Position numbers and translations under genes: made by a program. A stretch of DNA of 64,000 nt from a virus. Taxonomy: Duplodnaviria > Caudoviricetes. The notes beneath the pieces are model-generated. The model did no database searches, was not told the origin of the DNA, and saw only the letters and a list, made by a program, of their open reading frames with translations. The DNA lies in IMG/VR virus record IMGVR_UViG_3300033070_001537, positions 2,296 to 66,295 of that record; one strand, 5' to 3'. This document shows, in pieces, positions 37,523 to 47,900 of this stretch (its first letter is position 1; each line of letters starts with the position of its first letter).

Positions 37523-38584
37523 ATGGCAACAAAGGTCCGCAAGCTGCGCATCGAAGAATTGTCGGGTGTGGATCGCCCGGCCAACCAAGAAGGATGGATG
37601 GTCCTCGTGAAGAACTATCAGGCACGTGGGTTGGCCACTCTGCAGAAGGTCGCCGAACGTCTCGGCCTTGGCGAGTACGTTGCCAAGTCGGCCCCCGAGG
37701 GAGACGATGACGACGATCTCCTCGATGAGATCGAAGCGGAGCTCGACGAGCTCGAAGACGACGAGCACATCGGCAAGTCCGACGATGACGACCTCACGGA
37801 CGACGAACTCGATGAGATCGAAGCCGAACTCGATGATCTCGACGAGGACGACAACGTCCAGAAGGGCGTGATGTGCAAAGGCTGCGGCAAGAAGCCGATG
37901 CAGAAGGGCGCGAAGGGGATGTGCGCGGACTGCGCCTCCGAATCCGTCGGAAAGTCGTTCGCCTCCGGCTCCCTGGAGGACCTGATCGCCAAGCAATTTG
38001 GCGACGCTGCATCACCCTCTCCAATCTCAAAGAACCAGGAGTCCCCCGTGAAGCTCACCGGCAGTGAAGTGGAAAGCATCGTCAAGTCGCTCACGCCGGC
38101 GGCGCGTGAGCTGGTAACGGAGCTCATCACCAAGAACGTGGAAGCAGAGTCCGCCGTGGCCAAAGCCAACGAGCAGCTCACCACGCTCTCCAAGGCGGTC
38201 GAGAAGCTCGTGGAAACGAACGCCGACGCTCAGCTCACCACGCTCGCCAAGTCGCTGATCCCGCCCAATGCGCCGATCACGGTGGAAGAGGCGAAGGTGC
38301 TGCTCAAGTCCGCCGGCGACAACGCCGACGCGCGTGCAGCGGTCGAGAAGACGCTGAAGACGATGGGGCAGCTCGCCGCGAGCTCCAGCCTCTTCAAGTC
38401 CTTCGGTGACAACCCGGTCACGGCGGATTCGGCGGGCGAGTCGTCTGCGGTCACAGCCATCAACAAGGCGGCGGGCGAGCTGCGCACCGCGAAGCCGACG
38501 CTCACGGCAGAGCAGGCGGTCGCTGAGGCGCTCACGGCGAATCCGGCCTTGTACGAGCAGTTCATGGCCGCGTCGCAGCAGTAA
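37523..38584 (+). CDS. capsid scaffolding protein
   Basis: IEELSGVDRPAN N-terminus, acidic repeats, coiled coil, EQAVAEALTANPALYEQF end; lies before the cement and capsid genes. Confidence 0.75.
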   Translation: MATKVRKLRIEELSGVDRPANQEGWMVLVKNYQARGLATLQKVAERLGLGEYVAKSAPEGDDDDDLLDEIEAELDELEDDEHIGKSDDDDLTDDELDEIEAELDDLDEDDNVQKGVMCKGCGKKPMQKGAKGMCADCASESVGKSFASGSLEDLIAKQFGDAASPSPISKNQESPVKLTGSEVESIVKSLTPAARELVTELITKNVEAESAVAKANEQLTTLSKAVEKLVETNADAQLTTLAKSLIPPNAPITVEEAKVLLKSAGDNADARAAVEKTLKTMGQLAASSSLFKSFGDNPVTADSAGESSAVTAINKAAGELRTAKPTLTAEQAVAEALTANPALYEQFMAASQQ

Positions 38585-38620
38585 TCACCCTCGACCTTCC
38601 GACAGGAGTAAAGGAGTCCC

Positions 38621-38998
38621 ATGTCTTACAGCGCAAACACGGTGGTCGACGGCACGATGACTGCGGCGGCGGACCTTTCCGCCCTTCAGTTTCGCGCGGT
38701 CCGCATCACGGCAGCGAATCAGGTCAACCAGGTCACCGCAGCGACGCAGGTGTTCGCGGGCGTCCTGCAGAACAAGCCCACGAGCGGCCAGGCGGCGGAA
38801 GTCGCCACGGGCGGCACGGTCAAGTGGGAAGCTGGCGCGGCCATTGCGGTCGGCGCTGAAGTGATGTGCGACTCGGTGGGTCGTTGCATCACGGCGGTGA
38901 CCACAGGCAATCGCGTCTGCGGCATCGTCAAAGTGGCGGCAGGTGCAGCGGGCGAAATCGTCTCGGTGCTCCTGACGGGCGTTCGCGTTCTTCCGTAA
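38621..38998 (+). CDS. capsid cement/decoration protein (DUF2190-like)
   Basis: AAADLS..FRAV..GVLQNKP.SGQAAEV..GG.VK.EAGAAIAVG. Confidence 0.8.
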   Translation: MSYSANTVVDGTMTAAADLSALQFRAVRITAANQVNQVTAATQVFAGVLQNKPTSGQAAEVATGGTVKWEAGAAIAVGAEVMCDSVGRCITAVTTGNRVCGIVKVAAGAAGEIVSVLLTGVRVLP

Positions 38999-39034
38999 TC
39001 GCTTCCTCTTCACCTCCCTCTCACTCCACCAAAC

Positions 39035-40054
39035 ATGCTGATCACCAAGAGGCAGCTGATGGAAGCGGTTCTGCAAAAGAGCCAGCCGACCCTCAGCGAC
39101 GTCCACATCAGCCAGCCGCTCACGTCCATTTCGATGGCGTGGCTCCAGTTGGCCTCGGCGTACGTGGCAGCGAGCCGGATCTTCCCGGTCGTGCCCGTTG
39201 CCAAGCAGAGCGACGTCTACTACGTCTTCAACCGCGGGGACTTCCTCCGCGACGAGGCGCGCCCGCGCGCCCCGGGCACGGAGTCGGCTGGCGGCGGATT
39301 CAATCTGTCGACCCAGAACTACTCCTGCATCACGGAGGCGTTCCACTGGGACATTCCTGACCCGATCCGCGCCAACGCGGACTCGATCCTGTCGCTGGAT
39401 CGTGCGGGCACGGAGTTCGTCACGCAGATCCTCGCGATCCGTCGCGAGCGTCGCTTCTTCACGTCGTTCTTCACGACCGGCGTGTGGGGCACGGACATCA
39501 CGGGCGTGAACAGCGGCCCGACCGGCGGCCAGACGGTTCGCTGGAACGTCACCGGCTCGCTGCCGCGCGCCGATGTCGACACGGCCAAGAACACTCTGCT
39601 TCAGCAGGGTTTGATCGGCCTGAAATTCCGCCTGCTCATCGGGCAGGAAGTCTTCACCGCGCTCCGCGGCCACGCGGACGTGCGCGATCAGTTCAAGTAC
39701 ACCAGCGCCGAGTCCATCACGACCGACATGCTGGCTCGCTACTTCGATGTCGATGAAGTGGTGGTGAGCCAGGGCGCATATGTCAGCTCGGCGGAAGGTG
39801 CTACCGTGGCGAATGCGTTCTTCGCGGGCAAGCATGCCCTCCTGGTCGCGGTGCCGCCTTCGCCGTCAATCATGACGCCGTCGGCCGGTTACATCTTCTC
39901 GTGGACGGGCTACATGGGCGGCGGAGGCGGCATTCGCATCAAGCGTCTGCGCGCCGACCTGCTCGAGTCCGACCGGATCGAGGGCGACATGTCGTTCGAC
40001 ATGAAAGTCACGGCGCCTTCGCTCGGGTACTTCTTCTCCACGATTGTCGCGTAA
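39035..40054 (+). CDS. major capsid protein (HK97 fold)
   Basis: 339 aa after scaffold/cement; DVHISQPLT..IFPVVPVAKQS; followed by strong hairpins. Confidence 0.85.
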   Translation: MLITKRQLMEAVLQKSQPTLSDVHISQPLTSISMAWLQLASAYVAASRIFPVVPVAKQSDVYYVFNRGDFLRDEARPRAPGTESAGGGFNLSTQNYSCITEAFHWDIPDPIRANADSILSLDRAGTEFVTQILAIRRERRFFTSFFTTGVWGTDITGVNSGPTGGQTVRWNVTGSLPRADVDTAKNTLLQQGLIGLKFRLLIGQEVFTALRGHADVRDQFKYTSAESITTDMLARYFDVDEVVVSQGAYVSSAEGATVANAFFAGKHALLVAVPPSPSIMTPSAGYIFSWTGYMGGGGGIRIKRLRADLLESDRIEGDMSFDMKVTAPSLGYFFSTIVA

Positions 40055-40061
40055 TGAATGC

Positions 40062-40148
40062 ACCGACTGCCCGGTGTGCACGCTGCACCGGGCAGTCGGT
40101 CTTCATGTCCTGACGATGTCCTAGGTTCTCCGATAGTAGGACATCGTC
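40062..40148 (+). terminator. two tandem stem-loops after the capsid gene (terminator/mRNA stabiliser)
   Basis: ACCGACTGCCCGGTG...CACCGGGCAGTCGGT (40062-40100) and GACGATGTCCTA...TAGGACATCGTC (40112-40148). Confidence 0.65.
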
Positions 40149-40179
40149 GTTTCTTCCTCCTCGCTCGCGGGATACGACT

Positions 40180-40437
40180 ATGGCACGGAAAACGATCGTC
40201 AAGGTTTTGAAGGCGTTCACTAGTGGTGGTGTCAATTACAACCCTGGTGAGACGTTCGATGTCGACAGCGAGTCCTTCAAAGAGGACCTGTCGCAGTGGC
40301 CTGATGGCGCACTCGCCGGCCGCCTGAACAACGGCTTCCTGGTGTACGACACGGTGGAGATCGAAGCTCCGGCTCCGAAGAAGCCTGTGATCGTCAAGGA
40401 ACCGGCTCCGCCCAAAGAGCCGCCGGTCACCCCGTAA
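40180..40437 (+). CDS. small head-associated hypothetical protein
   Basis: Position after the capsid gene; YNPGETF; Pro/Lys-rich tail. Confidence 0.65.
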   Translation: MARKTIVKVLKAFTSGGVNYNPGETFDVDSESFKEDLSQWPDGALAGRLNNGFLVYDTVEIEAPAPKKPVIVKEPAPPKEPPVTP

Positions 40438-41019
40438 ATGGCTGTCGTCGTCGAAACCGGCGCGGTTGTCGCTGACGCGAACTCCTTCATAGATCTCGTC
40501 TACCTCCGTGCGTTCGCGGAAGATCGAGGTCTTGCGCCGGCCGGTCTCGACGACGACGACATCGCGAGCGCGAAGATCGTGCTCGCAGGCCAGTGCCTCC
40601 AGGACGAGCAGACGTATGCCTTCCGCGGCACGCGCGTCTCGTACCTGCAGACCATGCCGTACCCGCGCACGGGCGCGAACGAGAACCGCGGGCCCGCCAT
40701 CCCCGACAACGTCGTGCCGTGGCGCTGCAAAGTCGCCCAGGCGCTGCTCACCTGTAAGGCGCTCGCCGGCGAGACGCTCCAGCCGGGACTCGCCAACGGC
40801 GGTCTGGCGGTGCAGTCAGAGACACTCGGGCCGCTCTCGACGACGTTCATGGCTCCGACCGGCGGTGCGCCCGTGAGTGCCCGCAAGCGATACCCCGATG
40901 TCGACGGCGTCCTGTTTCCTCTCCTCATGGACCGCTCGCTCCCCAACGCCGACCCGTCCATCTTCCAGACCTCCTGGGAGAGCACGGCGTGGGCTGACGG
41001 TGCGTTCGACAATCCCTGA
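40438..41019 (+). CDS. head-tail adaptor (DnaT-like ssDNA-binding annotation family)
   Basis: VVETGAVVADANSF...FRGTR...QTMPYPR...CKVAQALL. Confidence 0.8.
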   Translation: MAVVVETGAVVADANSFIDLVYLRAFAEDRGLAPAGLDDDDIASAKIVLAGQCLQDEQTYAFRGTRVSYLQTMPYPRTGANENRGPAIPDNVVPWRCKVAQALLTCKALAGETLQPGLANGGLAVQSETLGPLSTTFMAPTGGAPVSARKRYPDVDGVLFPLLMDRSLPNADPSIFQTSWESTAWADGAFDNP

Positions 41020-41402
41020 TGTCTAAGTTTGACGACAAGCGGGAAACAGCTCGGGGACTGATAGAGAAGTACGGCGCGCCGATCGTCTTCACGCGCGAGC
41101 CGACGTCCGCGGGCAACACCCCGACCGGTCAGCTGGACACATCGACGCTCGATCCGATCAAGTTCACGCGCCTTGCGGTCGTGCTGCCCGCACAGCCGAC
41201 GCGCGCAGACGGCTTTGAGGCAGGGATAGCTATTCGTCGCAGCTTTCGCACGTTCTACGCGGAAGCTCTGAGCGAGGGGCCGTATATCCAGGCGGGTGAC
41301 ACATTCTACGCCGAAGGAAAAGACTGGACGGTGGTCGGAACAGACGCTATCGCACCCGACGGCGGCGCGCCGATCTTCCAGTCCGGAGCGGCCAAAGGAT
41401 GA
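41019..41402 (+). CDS. head closure/stopper protein
   Basis: Position; ARGLIEKYGAPI...DWTVVG..IAPDG. Confidence 0.65.
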   Translation: MSKFDDKRETARGLIEKYGAPIVFTREPTSAGNTPTGQLDTSTLDPIKFTRLAVVLPAQPTRADGFEAGIAIRRSFRTFYAEALSEGPYIQAGDTFYAEGKDWTVVGTDAIAPDGGAPIFQSGAAKG

Positions 41403-41863
41403 GCCGATCCGTCGAAGCGATGCTCGCCGGGTTTACGGCCGACGTGGAGAAGTGGAAGCCCCGCCTCGGCACGCTCACGGGCGAGATGATCCAAGAGCTG
41501 TGCCTGACCATTGCGCAGAACATCGTCGTGGGCGGACAGTTCAGCCCAGGCACGCCAGTCGACACCGGGTACGCCCGCTCGTCGTGGTTTGTCGTGGTGA
41601 ACGACGCCACGGGAGAGAGCGCGGTAGTTGGCGTCAACGATCGTGGCGTGCAGGCGATGGATCAGATCTCGCTGACGCTCCTCGGCGTGAAGTCCGGCGA
41701 CATCGTCTACCTCCTCACCAACACCGTGTACATGCGGCGCCTTGAGTACGGGCACTCGCAGCAAGCGCCTGCGGGCATGGTGCGGTTGACGATGGCGGCG
41801 GGCAATCTGATCGCTGACATGGCGGCGATGAACACGATGCGTCGAAACGGGATGGTGGCGTGA
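41399..41863 (+). CDS. neck/tail completion protein (HK97 gp10-like)
   Basis: TPVDTGYARSSW, YMRRLEYGHSQQAPAGMVR. Confidence 0.85.
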   Translation: MSRSVEAMLAGFTADVEKWKPRLGTLTGEMIQELCLTIAQNIVVGGQFSPGTPVDTGYARSSWFVVVNDATGESAVVGVNDRGVQAMDQISLTLLGVKSGDIVYLLTNTVYMRRLEYGHSQQAPAGMVRLTMAAGNLIADMAAMNTMRRNGMVA

Positions 41864-42525
41864 TCGATACCGAGAACATCCGACAGGCGATTCACAACGC
41901 CCTGGACGCCCTGGTAGCAGTCGACAGCGGCATCATCACCGCGGGCGTGACGTCTCCGGGCTCGTTCACGCGCACCACGGGCTCGTTCGTCACGGACGGA
42001 TTCGTCGAGAATAGCGAGGTCCTGGTCAGCGGCATGGCGTCCGGGGTCAACGGCGTGTGGCTTGTGCACAAGGTCACGGCGCTCAAGATGGAGATTCGCC
42101 GCCTAGGCGACGTGGCGATGTCCGCCCGCGCTCCGGTGGCAACGGCCCGGTTCCGGACCGTGCTGCCCGCTGCACGGAAGTTTCCGGGATTCAAGTTCGA
42201 AAACCCGTCCGCGTTACGTCCATGGGTTCGAGGTACGCTGAAGACCCAGGATTCGCGGCGCACCACGTTGGCCAAGCCCGCGCGTGTCAAGTCAGAAGGC
42301 GTCTACCTCTTGGACTTGTTCTACCCGCTCGGGTACGGTATGAAAGCACCGGCGCAGATGGACCTCGCTATTCGCGAGGCGTTGGCGCCTGGGACGCATC
42401 TAACGTACGGCGGCGACACGGTGTCGCTGATGGCGATCAACACCGCGGGCGAGATCGAAGATGAATCGTACGTTCAGTTGCCGATCACGATCAAGTGGTG
42501 GGCATTTGGTTGGACCCTTCCGTGA
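41860..42525 (+). CDS. tail terminator protein with an inserted beta domain
   Basis: Position before the tube gene; GVYLLDLFYPLGYG; final ITIKW. Confidence 0.6.
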   Translation: MIDTENIRQAIHNALDALVAVDSGIITAGVTSPGSFTRTTGSFVTDGFVENSEVLVSGMASGVNGVWLVHKVTALKMEIRRLGDVAMSARAPVATARFRTVLPAARKFPGFKFENPSALRPWVRGTLKTQDSRRTTLAKPARVKSEGVYLLDLFYPLGYGMKAPAQMDLAIREALAPGTHLTYGGDTVSLMAINTAGEIEDESYVQLPITIKWWAFGWTLP

Positions 42526-42534
42526 GGATACACC

Positions 42535-44031
42535 ATGAGTGATGCCAACAGGACGCAAGTCGCCATCGTCGAAGAAGCGACGTTTGGCGTCATTCCGGCG
42601 ACCCCGCGATTCGAGCTGATGCGCGTGACGGGCGAGTCGCTGAGCTACACCCCGAAGACGGTCACGTCTGACGAGCTCCGCGCCGACCGACAGGTGGTCG
42701 ACCTGATCCGCGTCGGTTTCGAGACCGCGGGCGATCTGCCCATCGAGATGAGCTACGGCATGCCGGACCGCCTGATGGAAGGCGCCGCATGCAGCGACTG
42801 GGTCCAGACGCCGACGCGCGACAACGACGGCACGGCGGCGTCGAACATCACGTCGGTCGCGATCTCGGGCGTCTTCAACTACGTCGCTCCGGTCGCGGGC
42901 AATGAGTTCAAGACTGGCGTCTTCGCGGTCGGGCAGCTGGTCCGCACCACCGGGTTCAACACCGCCGCCAACAACGGCATCGGCCGCGTCACGGCGACGA
43001 CTGCCACGCAGATCACGGTCAACGGCATCACGACCGCCGCTGAAGCATCGCCGGCCGCTGCGGCCCGTATCAAGGTGGTAGGTATCGAGGCGCCATCTGC
43101 GACGAACATCGCCGCGACGGTGACTGGACTGGCGGTGGGCTCGAACGGTGCCATCACCGGCACTGGCGTCGACTTCACGACGTGCGGCCTGGTGGCGGGC
43201 ATGTGGTTCAAGGCGTCCGGGTTCACGATCGACCCGGACAACAACGGGTGGTATCGCGCCCTGTCTGTGGCGGCGACGCGCATCGAGTGCGACATCGTGC
43301 CGACCGGCTTTGGTGCTGATGCTGCCACGGGCGTCCAGGTCCGCCTGTGGGTGGGCGACTACATCCGCAACGGCACGACGAAGAAGTCGTACACGGCGGA
43401 AATCCAGTATCAGGACCTCACGGTTCCTGAGTTCGAGTACTACCGCGGCATGCGCGTCGCCAATCACACGGTGAGCGGCGAATCGCAGGCGATCGTCAAG
43501 GGCGGCTTCTCGCTCATGGGTGCGTCGGTGGATAACTACACCACGCGCAACAACGGCACCGCCGTTGGCACCGACCGTGCCGCTCCGACGAACGACGTCA
43601 TGAACACCTCCGACAACGTCGGTGCCTTGTTCGAGAACGCTGTGGCGGTGGCGGCTCCGAACTCGGTCCTGATGGCGTCGCTCACGATCGACAATACGCT
43701 GCGGCGACGGAACGCCTGGGGTTCGGCGTACTCGATCGATATCGGCCTGGGTCGCTGCATGGTCACGGGGACGCTCAAGTTCTATTACGGCTCCAACGCG
43801 ATCTTGAACCGCATCCGCGCCGGCACCGCGTCCAGCTACATGATGCGGTTCACGGATCCGACCGGCACGAAGGCGCTCCTGTACGACGTGCCACGCATCA
43901 AGTTCAGCTCGGGCGTGCCCGTGGTGTCGGGCGTGGACACGGACCGCACCATGGACGCCAACTTCCAGGGTCTCCGTCACCCGACGCTGGGTTACACGAT
44001 CCACGTGCAGCGGTTCGAAGAGTACGTCTGA
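42535..44031 (+). CDS. major tail tube protein
   Basis: EEATFGVIPATP..MRVTGESL..SDELRADRQV..IRVG..GDL..EMSY. Confidence 0.85.
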   Translation: MSDANRTQVAIVEEATFGVIPATPRFELMRVTGESLSYTPKTVTSDELRADRQVVDLIRVGFETAGDLPIEMSYGMPDRLMEGAACSDWVQTPTRDNDGTAASNITSVAISGVFNYVAPVAGNEFKTGVFAVGQLVRTTGFNTAANNGIGRVTATTATQITVNGITTAAEASPAAAARIKVVGIEAPSATNIAATVTGLAVGSNGAITGTGVDFTTCGLVAGMWFKASGFTIDPDNNGWYRALSVAATRIECDIVPTGFGADAATGVQVRLWVGDYIRNGTTKKSYTAEIQYQDLTVPEFEYYRGMRVANHTVSGESQAIVKGGFSLMGASVDNYTTRNNGTAVGTDRAAPTNDVMNTSDNVGALFENAVAVAAPNSVLMASLTIDNTLRRRNAWGSAYSIDIGLGRCMVTGTLKFYYGSNAILNRIRAGTASSYMMRFTDPTGTKALLYDVPRIKFSSGVPVVSGVDTDRTMDANFQGLRHPTLGYTIHVQRFEEYV

Positions 44032-44196
44032 TCGAAGTGCCGACGAGGGTCGGAGCTCGCCCTCTCTTGTCGGTTGCGGTACTCGACGGTAGGTACAAGA
44101 TTTCGCTCCGTTCGCCTGACGGTGCGGTTCCGAAAGGAACCGGCGAGCCACCTAAGGCGGGCGGGGCGTATCTTTTCACCACAGAGGAATCATCCA

Positions 44197-44670
44197 GTGG
44201 GCAATCTCTTCACGCGGTACAAGACGAACAAGACGGCAGAGAACGAAGGCGTGTGGCTGAACTTCGGCGATGGCTCGCGCGTCAAGGCGCGGTCCATGAG
44301 CTCGCCCAAGGTCCGCGAGTATCAGTCCAAGCTCTTCAAGAAGTATCGCCAGGCGTTGTCGGCCGGCGGCGGCGTGCTGCCGCCCGAGATGCAAGACGAG
44401 ATGGACATCGACTTGGTCGCGACGGCGGTCATTGCGGACTGGGAAGGTATTCCGAACGCCAACGGCGTGATCGTGCCGTATGCGCGCCCGACGGCTATGG
44501 CCATCTTGGCTGAGTTGCCTGAGTGGCGGAAGGAAATCCAGTACCTCGCCGGCCTGGCGGAAACGTATCGTGAAGCCGGATTCGAGGAACAGCTGGGAAA
44601 CTCAAGCGAGTCCTCGCATCCAGTCTCCAATACGGCGGAGACACCGAGCGGCTCCTCGCAGGCGTCCTAG
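44197..44670 (+). CDS. tail assembly chaperone (gpG-like)
   Basis: YKTNKTAENEGVW...VIADWEG...PEW; lies before the tape measure gene. Confidence 0.8.
   Translation: MGNLFTRYKTNKTAENEGVWLNFGDGSRVKARSMSSPKVREYQSKLFKKYRQALSAGGGVLPPEMQDEMDIDLVATAVIADWEGIPNANGVIVPYARPTAMAILAELPEWRKEIQYLAGLAETYREAGFEEQLGNSSESSHPVSNTAETPSGSSQAS
44595..44601 (+). other. -1 programmed ribosomal frameshift site
   Basis: In-frame G GGA AAC slippery heptamer; the -1 frame is open to 44993. Confidence 0.85.
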
Positions 44671-44993
44671 CCAACGGCGGCTTCAAGGCGTTGCGGAAGG
44701 TCGAGCATATCCAGACCTTCCGCGACCTTTGGCCACAAAACCGCCCGATCTACACCGCGTTCCAACGGCTCAGTTCAGCTCGTAACTGGATCGTAGGAAC
44801 GACGGCCCAGCCCGTCGGCATTGCGCCTTCGGAGATTATCGCGTATGGAGTAGCGCACGGGTACGCTCGCACCCTTCTGGATCTCGAAGAGTTTGAGAAC
44901 TTCATCTACGGGATGGAAGAGGTGTATATGAAGTGGTGGAGTGACCGCGCCGAAGAGAAGCGGCTAGCCAATCAGCGGGCCGGTGTCACATGA
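44598..44993 (+). CDS. frameshifted C-terminal extension of the tail chaperone (gpGT-like)
   Basis: -1 frame from the slippery site includes ORF 44691-44993 (AFQRLSSAR..GIAPSEIIAY). Confidence 0.75.
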   Translation, partial: KLKRVLASSLQYGGDTERLLAGVLANGGFKALRKVEHIQTFRDLWPQNRPIYTAFQRLSSARNWIVGTTAQPVGIAPSEIIAYGVAHGYARTLLDLEEFENFIYGMEEVYMKWWSDRAEEKRLANQRAGVT

Positions 44994-47900
44994 GTGACAT
45001 CGCCCGCTTTGGCGTTGTCATCGACACGACAGGCGCGCGTGCGGGCCAGGTCGAGTTCGAACGCTCCGTCGACAGCATCAAGAACAAGGCGCGTGAGGGT
45101 GGCCGCGCCATGGACTCGATGGCTGAGTCTACCCAGAAAGCCTACGCCCAGATCAAGGCGTTCGCTGCGTTCGCTGGACTGACCATCGGCGTGAGTCAGC
45201 TCATCCGCTACACGGATTCGTGGAAGCAGATGGAAGGGCAGCTTCGCCTCGTCACCAAGACGAGCAAGGAAGCGGAAGAGGTCCAGCAGAAGCTCTTCAA
45301 GGTCGCTCAAGACACGCGAGCCCCCTTGTCCGAGACCATCGGACTGTATTCCCGTATGGCGCGATCGACCAAGGACCTGAAGCTCACGCAGGACGAGCTG
45401 ATCAGCATCACCAAGGCGGTCAATCAGGCCCTGGTGATCAGCGGATCCAGCGCCGCGTCAGCAGGCGGGTCGATGCTCCAGCTCGGCCAGGCGTTCGCGT
45501 CTGGTACGTTGCGCGGTGACGAGCTCAATTCCATACTCGAGGGCATGCCGCGGCTGGCTGAGGCGATCGCCGCCGGCATGGGCCGTTCCACGGGCGAGCT
45601 GCGGAAGCTGGGATCGCAGGGCAAAATCACGTCCGAGGAGATGGCCAAAGCCATCCTTCAGCAGTCCAAGGTCTTGGCAGACGAGTACGCCAAGATGCCG
45701 CAGACCGTGTCGCAGGCGTTGACGCAGATCAACAACGCGATGCAGCAATTCATTGGCGAAACCGACAAGTCGCTCGGCGTGTCGAACGGGCTGGTCACGG
45801 TGCTGAAGTCGTTGGCTGACAATTTCGACAAGCTCGCCATCGGCATCGAGATCGCTGCCGTAGCCTACGGCGGCAAGTTTGCCGCGAGCTTCGCGAAAGC
45901 CTCGTCTGAGTATGTCCGTCAGGGGGCCGTGAAGATCGCGGCGCTTGCGGCACAGACGTCCGAAACGGCCCGACTGGCGGTCGGCGAAGAGATCGCAGCA
46001 CATCGCGCCCTCGCTGCGGCCAACGCCAATGCGATCTTGGCTGCGTCGTCCGCGGAGTCAGCCATCACGGCCAAGGCGCAGGCCACCGCGTTGCAGGCGA
46101 CGGCTGTTGCCAGCGGGGAGCTCGCGGTGGCTGCCAATGCAGCCGCCGTTGCGTCCTCGCGCGCCACAGCGGCCATCGCAGCGACGTCGGTTGCGGCTCG
46201 TATCGGCACCGCAACGGTCGGGGTATTCAACGCCGTCCTGACCGCCTTAGGCGGATGGATCGGCATTGCGATCACCGCGGCGATCGTGGCGCTCACTGCC
46301 TTGTACTCCTGGTGGAATAAGCACAAGATCGCCGCTCAGGAGAACAAGAAAGCCGCGGACGAGCTGAAGCAATCCATGGCGCTCTTGGAGACGCAGATGG
46401 CGTCGTCGCTCTTGGTGATTCAGAAAAACACCAAGGCCAACGACGACCTGTACACCCTGTTGATGACGAAAGGCATCACGGCGTACGAGGCCGCGAAGAA
46501 GCAACAGGATGTCGTCAAGTCCGCCACCGCGGTGTGGGACCGCTACAAGGAGGGCGTCGGCAGGGCAGCCAAGACGCTGGGCACGTTCACCGAGGAGCTC
46601 GCCAAGGGCAACCCGCAGGCCGTGGCCTTGAACAAGGCGATGACGGAGGAGGCGGCCAGCAGCGACCGCCTCGAGCAGGGTCTCAAGCGGTCGACCAAGG
46701 CGCGCGAAGACTCCGCGGCGGCGATGAAGGCGCAGAAGGACAAGGCGGCCGATCTCGCCAAGCAATTCAAAGAGGAAAAGCAGGCAAGCGACGAAGCTGT
46801 CGAGGCGATCAAGCGCGAGGTCAACGGGCTGGCCAACCTGCTCGAGGCCAAGAAGGGAGGCGAGGACGCCTATGCTCGTGTTTCTCTCGCCATGCAGCGA
46901 GAGGATGAGATTCGCGCGGCGCTGAACAAGGCGCTGCCGAACGAGAAGCAGAACGTCGTCGACCTCGTTCGTCGGAAGTATGAGCTCCTCGATGCCACGG
47001 ACAAGCTCAACCTGGCGCGGAAGAAAGAAGCTGACGCGACGGAGGCGTTCAACGAGAAGATCCGTGCCTCCGTCCAGCAGACGGCAGATTTGGTATCGCA
47101 GAAGCTGGACGAGGCGAAGAGCTACCGCGCGGAGATCGCCCGGCAGGCGGCGCAGCCGTTTGAGAATGCCCTCAAGGGCATCCAGACGGCGTTCAGCAGC
47201 TTCTTCGAGTCGATCATGACGGACGGACTCAAGAGCTTCGAGAGCTTGGCCGAAGGCATCAAGCGGCTCTTCGTCCGCATGATGTCCGAGATCGCGGCAC
47301 AGAAGATGGGCCAGCAGCTGATGGGCTCGGTCATGATGGACGGCTACGGCGCGCCCAAGCGGGATGCAGCAGGCAACCTCATGCGGTCGGGCGGGTGGAT
47401 GCAGACCGCCGGCGGCGGGTATGCGGCGATCGGCGTGTCGTCTGCGCTGGCAGGATACTCCGTCGGCAGCCAGACCACGAACAAGGGCATCGGAGCCGTA
47501 GGCGGCGCGCTCGCTGGTGCGGGCACAGGTGCGGCTATCGGGTCCGTCGTGCCTGTAATCGGCACCGCGATTGGCGCTGTGGTCGGAGCCGTGGTCGGAT
47601 TGGTCGGAGGACTGATCGGCTCCGCCAATGCCGCGAAGAAAAGCAACGAGGCTTTGAAAGTCTCGCAGAACCAGGTCCAGTCGTCGCTGGAAGGGCTGCG
47701 GGCAAGCATGTCGAACGACAAGCTCGGCCAGGCGATCGCAGAAACGAAGAAGCAATTCGATACGCTCCGTGAAGCCGCCCTACAGGCCTACGCCGGTCGG
47801 AAGAACGAAGGTGGGCGCGCGATCGCCATCGCGGAGATCAACCGCCTCGAGGCGGAGCGCATCGCGATCATCAAGGCGGAGTTCGACGCCGGGCAGAAGA

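Noticed and set aside
37690-37870. Duplicated acidic repeat (DDDDL..DEIEAELD) in the scaffold
   Set aside because: Low-complexity acidic tracts are ordinary for scaffolding proteins
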